Part shown: piece by piece, positions 46,187-54,091 of the stretch
Layout of the letters: each line of letters begins with the position of its first letter
Numbering within the stretch: the first letter of the stretch is position 1
Source of the DNA: an uncultured bacterium
GTDB taxonomy: Bacteria > Patescibacteriota > Minisyncoccia > Phycocordibacterales > PALSA-1337
Assembly: GCA_963701025.1 (NCBI GenBank)
Contig: OY969557.1
Coordinates: 234,405-298,404 of the forward strand
Reading direction: 5' to 3'
Length of the DNA: 64,000 nucleotides
Program-made: the position numbers and the translations under genes
Notes under the pieces: generated by a model
What the model was told of the DNA's origin: nothing
The model's database searches: none
The model's input: only the letters and a program-made list of their open reading frames with translations

Positions 46187-47326
46187 ATGACATTCAAATT
46201 TAAAGTTAGTTCGTTCAGAAATCAGTATGAGTCTCTCGATGGTAGACGTCTATGTGTCTTTACTGCTCTTGTTGGAAATATCCCTGCCGAGTGGGAAGAT
46301 TGGCGAGATGTTAACGTGCGAGATACCAATAAACGAGGTGATGTATTCAATGCGATTATCGATACTCTTAGAAATGAACCTGAGGAAATGATCTTCCGTA
46401 ATCTAGGAATTACAATCCTGGCACCGGAAGTGGAGTTCGATAATAAAACAAATGAAGTTACTGTCGTTTTCTCCGATAAGACAAAACACGGTATTGCGAA
46501 CGGTGGACACACTTTCTCCGCTATTCGCGAAGTACTTCGCACAGACAGCGATGTTAACGCAGAGATAAAAGTAGAGTGCATCGTGGGTAACCTTGATACT
46601 GATAATCGTGTCTCAATCGTTGATGGACGTAATAGATCACGCGCAGCTCAAACACATTCTCTTGAAAATCTCCGTGAGTCTTACAAGCCCATCGAGAAAG
46701 TTCTCACGAGTCCCTATTACAAAGATAGAATCGCTTATTCGGAGTTCGAAATTAGCGAGAACGGTAAACGTAAAGACATATCGATTCGAGAAATACTCTC
46801 TTACATCTACTGTTTAGACGCATTCGAAAAAAATGTGCACCCGATCCAAGCATATTCATCAAAAGGAGCTGTTGTCGACTTCTATGCGAGTAAAGATGAA
46901 AAAGGAAGAGAACGAAATGAGATACTTGCTCGTGCAAGTAAGATCTTGCCAGATATTCTTCAACTTCGTGATGTAATCTACCGCGATCTTCCCCAAGCTT
47001 ATAATGATGCAGGTGGTAAATTCGGAGGACTCGAGACAATGGGTGTTTCCAAGTACGCTGACCCACATCCCCTTCGATTCTTGGATGATGTAACGGAATT
47101 CAATTATCCAGATGGGTTTATCTATCCGATTCTGGCAGCATTCCGAAAGCACATTGATCACAGAGGTGAGTGGTCTTGGAAAGAGAACCAGAACCCTTTT
47201 GAGCTTTGGGAAAAGAGAAAACTTGATGTTGCGGCGGCTATGAAAGATGCTACTAAAGATGCTGCAAATGCAAACAAAATGGGTAAGGCAGGAATTACAT
47301 GGCGTGTGTGTTACGACGCTCTCTAA
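46187..47326 (+). CDS. AIPR (abortive infection phage resistance)-family protein
   Basis: NVR, RNLGITI, GIANGGHT and N-R-S motifs of the AIPR/ParB-like core. Confidence 0.8.
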   Translation: MTFKFKVSSFRNQYESLDGRRLCVFTALVGNIPAEWEDWRDVNVRDTNKRGDVFNAIIDTLRNEPEEMIFRNLGITILAPEVEFDNKTNEVTVVFSDKTKHGIANGGHTFSAIREVLRTDSDVNAEIKVECIVGNLDTDNRVSIVDGRNRSRAAQTHSLENLRESYKPIEKVLTSPYYKDRIAYSEFEISENGKRKDISIREILSYIYCLDAFEKNVHPIQAYSSKGAVVDFYASKDEKGRERNEILARASKILPDILQLRDVIYRDLPQAYNDAGGKFGGLETMGVSKYADPHPLRFLDDVTEFNYPDGFIYPILAAFRKHIDHRGEWSWKENQNPFELWEKRKLDVAAAMKDATKDAANANKMGKAGITWRVCYDAL

Positions 47327-47335
47327 ACACTATCC

Positions 47336-47364
47336 ATCAAGAAGCCCCTTCGGGGGCTTCTTGA
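47336..47364. terminator. Bidirectional intrinsic terminator
   Basis: ATCAAGAAGCCCC-TTCG-GGGGCTTCTTGAT hairpin between convergent genes. Confidence 0.8.
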
Positions 47365-47373
47365 TTTGTATAA

Positions 47374-47802
47374 TCATCTTCCTTTCTGCATCTTCTCCAA
47401 GTCTTTCGGCATATATCTGATCACATTTCCTTTGCTGTCTACTGAAAATATATGCAGTAGTAACTTCTTCGCAATCTGATACGGAATTCGTCGAATCGCC
47501 TTGTCAGCTGCTCCTTTGGGTAATCCAAGACCATAATAATATCTGGTTGAACCGGACGTATTCATCCTCGTGATAATTTGCCCGAGTGAATATACGAAAG
47601 CAACTTCCTCACTTGAACTATCCTTAGCACCTTTAGCTTCAATCAAATAATAACGACTGTATTTATTGTGACATGCTTTGATATCAACACCGCGACCGCT
47701 TAATGTTGCAATCTTTATGATCTTCCAGTCATGTTTAGACAACCATGTGATTATGGAATTCTGAACAAAATCTTCGGCAATGGCACGGTCGTTAGTAGCC
47801 AT
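47374..47802 (-). CDS. Small PD-(D/E)xK nuclease-fold protein
   Basis: AEDFVQ...GVDIKA...IEAKG...LGQIITRM pattern. Confidence 0.7.
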   Translation of the reverse strand: MATNDRAIAEDFVQNSIITWLSKHDWKIIKIATLSGRGVDIKACHNKYSRYYLIEAKGAKDSSSEEVAFVYSLGQIITRMNTSGSTRYYYGLGLPKGAADKAIRRIPYQIAKKLLLHIFSVDSKGNVIRYMPKDLEKMQKGR

Positions 47803-47806
47803 AAAA

Positions 47807-48427
47807 TTATGAAGCCGTCTCAAAAATCTTTTTTACCAACCCTGTCCTGGCATAAAAAGCTCTGCTCGTAGATCCGTGGCCAGCTCCTTTTGTTCTAGCC
47901 TGTATCCATTTACCATCTGCACCAGTCAACGCCTCAAATCCTTCTTTGATAAGTTTATTGCGAATAAAATCATAATCTGCCTTGATCTCCAATATCAATT
48001 CATCATCTTCCGTGGAATCAAAACTGACTACTTTCAACAGCTTGCCGTCTTCCGAATTCTGACCATTCCATAAAACTGCGCAAAATACGATTGTCTTTAG
48101 TTTGCTCCAACAATGGCTTTCAAAAAATGAATGCTGTTTAAGCTCCTCCGGATTGATCATTGTAATCGCCATTGTTTCCTTCGGCACAAGCTCCTCTTTT
48201 ACATAGTGAAAAGCAACAGATTTCAATTCGTAAGTTAGACCATTTGGAGCCTTTGAAACATTAGTCTGTAAGCCGGCTAACCGTTCAAGGACCAAACCCT
48301 TCCAACCCTTATTCTGCTTGCCAGTTTCATAGGTCGTAATACCGTGCTTTAACGCAAGTTCTCGCAAATCCTTACCAACATATTTCTTTAGGTTTTTTAT
48401 CGCTGTGGCGCGAGTTATGATTTTCAT
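47807..48427 (-). CDS. MutH/Sau3AI-family endonuclease (single domain)
   Basis: NKGWKGLVLE, ELKSV, PKETMAIT, QARTKG and RAFYAR match MutH-family motifs. Confidence 0.82.
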   Translation of the reverse strand: MKIITRATAIKNLKKYVGKDLRELALKHGITTYETGKQNKGWKGLVLERLAGLQTNVSKAPNGLTYELKSVAFHYVKEELVPKETMAITMINPEELKQHSFFESHCWSKLKTIVFCAVLWNGQNSEDGKLLKVVSFDSTEDDELILEIKADYDFIRNKLIKEGFEALTGADGKWIQARTKGAGHGSTSRAFYARTGLVKKIFETAS

Positions 48428-49215
48428 ATTAGTGCTTTATTCATATCGAGAAAACGCTTCTTTGATAATTCAAGATAATTTTTTTCTAAATCGACACCTA
48501 CAAATTTTCTCCCATTCGATACCGCCGCTATGCCAGTTGTAGAGCTACCGGCAAATGGATCTAGAACAATATCACCCTTGTTTGTACTTGCAAGGACAAT
48601 TCTTTTCAATAATTCAAGCGGTTTCTGCGTAGGGTGTTTTCCAAACTTTTTCTCATCCGGCTTCGGTGTCCCCACGGCCCATACAGATCGCATCTGCATA
48701 TTTGGCTTCTTTATAAAATCACCATTCCATTCGCCACCCTTCATTAAATCATAATTGAAAGTATGTTTCGCTTTTTTATCTTTCCTAGCCCAAATAAGAG
48801 TCTCATGACTTGCGGTAAAGAAACGACATGAAAGATTCGGGGAAGCATTTGGCTTAAACCAAGTGACATCATTCAAAATATGATATCCGAGAGACTGAAT
48901 GGCATGACCACATTGGTAAATTGAATGATACGTGCCGGATACCCAAAGAGTTCCGCCAGGCTTCAACACTCGTCTGCATGCCTCTAACCATTTATGATGG
49001 AAATCATAATCGGCATCAAAACCGTTACTTTTATCCCAGTTACCCTTATTGACGCTTACCATTTTGCCAGCATGAACAGTAAATCCGCCGTTTGATAGAT
49101 TGTAAGGCGGATCAGCAAAAATCATGTCGATCGAATCTTCTCGCAATTGATTCATTAGCTGTATAGAATCACCGAGATACAGCACAAAATTATCCTTCTT
49201 GAAGTAAGGCTGCAT
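48424..49215 (-). CDS. Beta-class amino DNA methyltransferase, DpnA (M.DpnIIB)-like
   Basis: IFADPPY.LSNGG, VSVNKGNWD, PNLSCRFFT, HPTQKP, DPFAGSSTT; alternative start at 49257. Confidence 0.88.
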   Translation of the reverse strand: MQPYFKKDNFVLYLGDSIQLMNQLREDSIDMIFADPPYNLSNGGFTVHAGKMVSVNKGNWDKSNGFDADYDFHHKWLEACRRVLKPGGTLWVSGTYHSIYQCGHAIQSLGYHILNDVTWFKPNASPNLSCRFFTASHETLIWARKDKKAKHTFNYDLMKGGEWNGDFIKKPNMQMRSVWAVGTPKPDEKKFGKHPTQKPLELLKRIVLASTNKGDIVLDPFAGSSTTGIAAVSNGRKFVGVDLEKNYLELSKKRFLDMNKALI

Positions 49216-49311
49216 TTCGATTGTTGCAAGGATTTTAGGTGTAGCTATTAGTGGCATGAGGGTACTTTACCATTTTTTTATCAATTTTTGAACTACCGGT
49301 CTCGGTCGCGA

Positions 49312-49562
49312 CAAGCGGTTCATGGTCGCGGCAGAGGAAGCGCGTGGATGTCCGCTTCTCATCACGGACTCAATTCGCGCCTAGCTCATGTTGGCATGGC
49401 GAGAGCGGCCAACGGTCTGTGCGTTACAGACTGTTGGGTAAGCGGAGCCATGCGAACAGGAGCGTAAGGCGCGCCACAATACCCTATTTGGAAGCGGACA
49501 TGCTCGCGCTTCCATCACTCCGTCGTAGCCACAAAACATTATCCGCGACCGTGTACGGCTTG
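49312..49562. other. Long nested imperfect hairpin; candidate single-strand origin (sso)
   Basis: Nested arms CATGGTCGCGG/CCGCGACCGTG, GGAAGCGCG/CGCGCTTCC, ATGTCCGCTTC/GAAGCGGACAT, CGCGCC/GGCGCG, CATGGC/GCCATG, GTCTGT/ACAGAC. Confidence 0.6.
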
Positions 49563-49571
49563 GCGCGCCAC

Positions 49572-49763
49572 TTACTTCTTTGTTTCCTTATCGTCTTTCT
49601 TTTTCCATTCTTCAATCCTAGCAAATGCCAGATAAAGATCCGCAAAACTATGGAGATATTCATTGGCGGTATCTTCCGATATATCTACACTGTGCTCTTC
49701 CTTAAAGCACCGAACTGTTCTTTCTATCAGTTCCTGACTGAAACGAAATGGTTTATAGTCCAT
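49572..49763 (-). CDS. Small helical hypothetical protein of the element
   Basis: 63-aa ORF (FKEEHSVDISEDTANEYLHSFADLY), divergent from rep. Confidence 0.55.
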   Translation of the reverse strand: MDYKPFRFSQELIERTVRCFKEEHSVDISEDTANEYLHSFADLYLAFARIEEWKKKDDKETKK

Positions 49764-49996
49764 AAATGTTAAAAACGGTTATCCACACTTTTTGATAATA
49801 TGGCTTGACCTTATGAGCCATGGGTATAAAATTACACCATAAAAGCCCATTGGGCAGTCCATACATAGTATGGATCAGGCGCTGGACGCCACTCTCCAAG
49901 TAGAGAGAAAAGAAACTTAAGAGGCATAATAAGTGACCTCACCTCTGCGTATTTCGATATACGCTCTCTGTTCTCATAAGTGACACAATCATGCCG

Positions 49997-50055
49997 GCCG
50001 TCTCAGCGGATGCTTTAGCGCCGCGGGACGGCGGGAGGGTTGACTTGATTATAGG
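49997..50055 (+). other. Candidate double-strand origin (dso)
   Basis: GC-rich hairpin GCCGTCTC...GGGACGGC followed by ACTTGATTA, resembling the CTTGATA nick site of pC194/phiX174-type origins; directly upstream of rep. Confidence 0.45.
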
Positions 50056-50099
50056 CACACTTAAAGAGAACTCATTATAAGCCTAATTCTCTACTTGGT

Positions 50100-50925
50100 T
50101 GGTAACAAAGCTTACCCACTCCAAGCTCATCATCTCCGGCTCCACCATCGAGTCATACGAGTATAAAGAAAAATCACTCGCATACGGGTTCTCAAACTCC
50201 AAAGGCAAGAAGTCGAAAGAAAATAGTCGTCGTCAATGAAGAAACTCGTCTAAAGAAGATCGAATCCAGGAAGCGTTCCATGCAACGCTCCAATTCCAGA
50301 CTACGCAGGCTTGGTAAATGCCAATGCCTGGAAATGGATCAAAGAAACCGGTGAACCGTATCCACCAGTATTTGCCACCTTTACCTTCAAAGAAAGCGTC
50401 AAGGATATCAAGGTAGCCAATCGGATCTTCTCTCACTTCGTCAAACGTCTTAATTATGAGCTAGGCCATACAAAGAAATCGTTCCTGAAATACATCACGG
50501 TCATTGAATTTCAGGACTTTAGCCGTGACGGTGTCGTTCACTATCACAGCATCTTCTTTAACCTTGAGTATATACGCAAGGATATTCTGGCTGACATCTG
50601 GGGCCAGGGTTTCGTTCATATCAGAGCTATTGACCAGGTAAGCAACGCCGGGGCCTATATCTCCAAGTATCTGGTCAAACACTTCGAGGATGACCGCCTT
50701 GATGGACAGAAGCGGTACTTCTCGAGTCGTGGCCTACTGAAGCCCATTGAAATACTGGATCAATTCAAAGCTGACAGCATATCGTCTCTGATTCCTGCTC
50801 CATATCTGGCCAAGCAGAAGGAATTCACGAGCAAATATCAGGGCAAGGTCGAATACAAGCAATATCTCCTCGAGAGGACGCAGTCGATTAACGATGTCGT
50901 TCCAGATCTCGACCTACTCCTATGA
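50100..50925 (+). CDS. Rolling-circle replication initiator (HUH Rep); N-terminus broken by apparent frameshifts, start approximate
   Basis: Motif I FATFTF, motif II IEFQ...GVVHYH, motif III YISKY, KRYFSSRGL. Upstream frames read HSKLIISGSTIESYEY and SRKRSMQRSNSRLRRL. Confidence 0.82.
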
Positions 50926-51104
50926 TTGATATTGCCGCATTGAAAAAGATCGACCCGGAATTGGCCAAAGTTTCCGACACGGAAGCGCTTGAAATCCGTG
51001 ACTTACTTTACCGCATGGCTGATTTAGCTCTCAAGAATTATTATGAGGACGAAAATGTTTCCAAATATCCCATTGGGGATAGCGCCACTTGCAAACAGTT
51101 GTAG
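50922..51104 (+). CDS. Small hypothetical protein between rep and the recombinase
   Basis: 60-aa ORF overlapping the rep stop (ATGA): VSDTEALEIRDLLYRMADL. Confidence 0.6.
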   Translation: MIDIAALKKIDPELAKVSDTEALEIRDLLYRMADLALKNYYEDENVSKYPIGDSATCKQL

Positions 51105-51116
51105 TAAAATACATAC

Positions 51117-52640
51117 ATGAACGAAAATCTTTTCAAAAATGGAATAATCTACTGTCGCGTTTCTTCAACCGAACAAGTTGACGGTACCTCTCTTGAATCA
51201 CAGGAAAAGGTCTGCCGTGAGTTCTGCGTGCGCGAACACATCCAAGTCTTGAAAGTATTCGTGGAAAAAGGAGAATCCGCCAAGACGGCTGAACGCACTG
51301 AATTTATCAATGCCATTAGCTTCTGCTCTGACAAAAAGAATGCCGTCGATTATTTCGTCGTCTACAAGCTAGATCGCTTCGCCCGAAATCAGGCCGATCA
51401 CATTACCGTCAGACAAACTTTGAAGAAATACCATACTGAATTGAAATCAGTCACTGAACCAATTAGCGACAGTCCGGTTGGAAAAATGATGGAGGGCATA
51501 CTTTCAGCTTTTGCCGAATTCGACAATAACGTACGCACCGAAAGAAGCGTCAACGGTATGAAAGAGCGCATCAAGCAAGGAATATGGGTCTGGCAGGCTC
51601 CTATGGGCTATTGCAGAACAGAAAAAGGGGCTAACCTCACTCCACATCCAACCTACGCCCCATTTATTAAAATGATATTTGAAGAATACGCCAAAGGTAT
51701 TCATACGTTCGACTCACTCGCCAAACACGCTACAAATCGCGGCTTTACTATGAAAAATGGCAAACCGGCTATTCCGCAACTTATCGAAAAGATTATTCGC
51801 AATCCTCTCTACTGCGGAAGAATCAAAGTATGGGATATAGAAATCAAAGGCAAATTTGAACCTATAATAACCGAACGCCTATTCGATCAATGTCAAGAAA
51901 GTGGTAAGCGCAAACCAAAGACTCCACGACTGGCAAAAAACAGTGACTTTCCGTTAAGAAAGCTGGCGACATGTGAATTCTGCAATAAGCCCCTAACTGG
52001 AAGCAAGGCCACTGGCAGACAAGGACAGAAATATCCGTATTACCATCATCACAAGCAAAACTGTGAACATGCCGCCTTTGTACCAAAAGCTCACTTCGAG
52101 CAAATGTTTGTAGAGTACCTCCAAGAGATAACGCCAAGCTTCAAATTCGAGGAATCCTTCAAAGCTATAGTCCTCGATATCTGGAAAAATAACTTCAAGA
52201 AATTCGACGAGGAAAATGAGCAGATTAAAAAAGCAGTCACTGTGCTAGAACAAAAAAGACAACGCGTATTCGATCTCCACCAAGATAAAACTTACACGGA
52301 TCAGGAATTCAAAGATCAGAAAAACATCATTGACGACAAGATCAAGAAACACATGAGCTTAATGCACGAGAAATACGACAAAGAATTCAAGATGGATGCC
52401 GCCTTGGAATACTGCTTTGACTTCGTGAGAAATACCGCCAGCACATGGGTAAAGCTCGCAAAGAAGCCGGAAGATCGTCTCTGTTTCCAAAAATTAGTGA
52501 TATCCGAAAATGTCCAATTTTCAGGAAACAAATTTGGAAACGCGAAACTAACCCCAATCTACAACCTATATCAGCAATTCTTACTCGATAAATCCCAATT
52601 GGTGACCCTACGGGGAGTCGAACCCCGATTCCAGCCTTGA
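51117..52640 (+). CDS. Large serine recombinase (resolvase + recombinase + zinc ribbon + coiled coil)
   Basis: YCRVSSTEQ (catalytic Ser), YKLDRFARN, APMGY, NPLYCG, CEFC..YYHH; the last codons overlap tRNA-Glu on the antisense strand. Confidence 0.93.
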   Translation: MNENLFKNGIIYCRVSSTEQVDGTSLESQEKVCREFCVREHIQVLKVFVEKGESAKTAERTEFINAISFCSDKKNAVDYFVVYKLDRFARNQADHITVRQTLKKYHTELKSVTEPISDSPVGKMMEGILSAFAEFDNNVRTERSVNGMKERIKQGIWVWQAPMGYCRTEKGANLTPHPTYAPFIKMIFEEYAKGIHTFDSLAKHATNRGFTMKNGKPAIPQLIEKIIRNPLYCGRIKVWDIEIKGKFEPIITERLFDQCQESGKRKPKTPRLAKNSDFPLRKLATCEFCNKPLTGSKATGRQGQKYPYYHHHKQNCEHAAFVPKAHFEQMFVEYLQEITPSFKFEESFKAIVLDIWKNNFKKFDEENEQIKKAVTVLEQKRQRVFDLHQDKTYTDQEFKDQKNIIDDKIKKHMSLMHEKYDKEFKMDAALEYCFDFVRNTASTWVKLAKKPEDRLCFQKLVISENVQFSGNKFGNAKLTPIYNLYQQFLLDKSQLVTLRGVEPRFQP

Positions 52641-52674
52641 GAAGGCCGTGTCCTGACCATTAGACGATAGGGCC
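52600..52674 (-). tRNA. tRNA-Glu(CTC)
   Basis: GGCCCTATCGTCTAATGG...CGGCC-TT-CTC-AA-GGCTG...GGTTCGACTCC..TAGGGTCACCA. Confidence 0.94.
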
Positions 52675-52685
52675 GCTATATTTAT

Positions 52686-54050
52686 TTACTGTTTATCGAG
52701 CCATTCCTTTTCCTGTCGCACGAGCAGTCTATCGGCTTTTCCTGGTTCTCGCAACAATGCCTTGCTCACCCGCTCGAGCCGTGGTGATTGGGATCCTTTG
52801 ACGAGAATAATGTCTCCGGGGCGAACAAGGGACGGGACGAATGCGGCAGCTTCAGCAGATGACTCGAATGAATGTACGACACCGGCGGGCATGCCGGCCT
52901 TGACGGCTTCTTCGGCCGTGGCGCGTGAACGCAAGCCGATGGTGACGAGGATGCCGGATGATCCGAGGACGGCGGCGGCTTCCCTGCCGATGGCGCGGTG
53001 CTCATCTGCTGAATACGCCCCGAGCTCCATCATATCCCCGAGAACGGCGATCTTCCGGCCGGCGGCCGAGCCGTCAGATGAAACGATATTTATTTCTTTG
53101 AGCGCCTGCAAGGCGGCGCGGGCGGCGTCGGGAGAGGAATTGTAGGTGTCGTCGATGATCGTCGAGCCGTTCACGCCGGGAATGACATTCATCCTGCCTT
53201 TCGGCGCTTCATATGCGTTCAAGGCGGCTACAATGGCCGCTACCGGCATGCCACGCGCTTTGCCCACGGCGGCGGCGGCGAGAAGCGGATACATATACGT
53301 CTTGCCGATTATATTCTTCAAGGTTATCGGCACGCTATTGCCGTCCATGCCGAGCTTGAAAGATATGCCGGCTGGCGCGCCATTTTCATATGTGACGGCA
53401 TCATCGGATCCGCGCACGTTGGCGGTCGAAACTGTACCGAAAGTGATGACCGTGGCTTCCTTGTCATTCATCGTGCCATTCACACGGCCGGCCAATGCGG
53501 CGACCTTGGCGTCATCAGCGAAAAGGATGAGAGTCCCCTTTTTCTTGAGGCCGTCGGCCAATGAGGCTTTCTCCTCGAAGACCTGCGCCGGGGATTTGAA
53601 AAATTCGACATGGACAGGCATGTCGCTCACTCTGGTGATGACGACGATGTCGGGATGGAGCCACTTCGCCACTTTCCTGATATCGCCCGGATGATCAGCT
53701 CCGATCTCGAGAATGAGGCATCGAGGATAATCGACATGATCCAGGATGATCCGCAATCCGGTGCCGATATTCCTCATCCAACCCGAAAGGCTCCGCCAGG
53801 CATTCGGCGCGCCGATGACCGTGAGCGGCAGGCCGATCTCGCTGTTCATGCTCTTCTCGCTCTTACGTACATGCCCGTCGGTCCTGTCGCCAGGAGGAAC
53901 GAAATCCTTGAGCACGGAAAAGATGGCGTCCTTGGTCGTCGTCTTGCCCACCGAACCCGTCACCGCCACGATGAACGGCTTGTATTTGGCCAGGATGAGG
54001 CGCGATTCCAGAGTGAGTATGAAAACGATGAATTTCTTGACAGACGACAT
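52686..54050 (-). CDS. murF: UDP-MurNAc-tripeptide--D-Ala-D-Ala ligase
   Basis: VTGSVGKTTTK, NSEIGLPLT, DDTYNSSP, LGDMMELG, LVKGS. Confidence 0.92.
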   Translation of the reverse strand: MSSVKKFIVFILTLESRLILAKYKPFIVAVTGSVGKTTTKDAIFSVLKDFVPPGDRTDGHVRKSEKSMNSEIGLPLTVIGAPNAWRSLSGWMRNIGTGLRIILDHVDYPRCLILEIGADHPGDIRKVAKWLHPDIVVITRVSDMPVHVEFFKSPAQVFEEKASLADGLKKKGTLILFADDAKVAALAGRVNGTMNDKEATVITFGTVSTANVRGSDDAVTYENGAPAGISFKLGMDGNSVPITLKNIIGKTYMYPLLAAAAVGKARGMPVAAIVAALNAYEAPKGRMNVIPGVNGSTIIDDTYNSSPDAARAALQALKEINIVSSDGSAAGRKIAVLGDMMELGAYSADEHRAIGREAAAVLGSSGILVTIGLRSRATAEEAVKAGMPAGVVHSFESSAEAAAFVPSLVRPGDIILVKGSQSPRLERVSKALLREPGKADRLLVRQEKEWLDKQ

Positions 54051-54091
54051 TCTTACATCTTAAATCATAAATCTTAAATCTCCTATTCCTG

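Larger units (their letters stand above)
44745..52608. mobile_element. Integrative rolling-circle element at the tRNA-Glu 3' end (serine recombinase + HUH Rep + defence cargo; contains IS30 copy 2)
   Basis: GTGACCC direct repeat at 44745-51 and 52602-08; AT-richer interior; joining the two ends in silico gives an in-frame recombinase C-terminus. Confidence 0.8.

Noticed and set aside
49344-49772. 142-aa + strand ORF in the island
   Set aside because: It runs across the large hairpin and antisense to a more plausible small gene, and has no motifs.
44745-52608. Prophage (inovirus or microvirus) interpretation of the island
   Set aside because: No Zot/pI ATPase, small TM coat proteins or capsid gene are visible; only replication, integration and defence genes.
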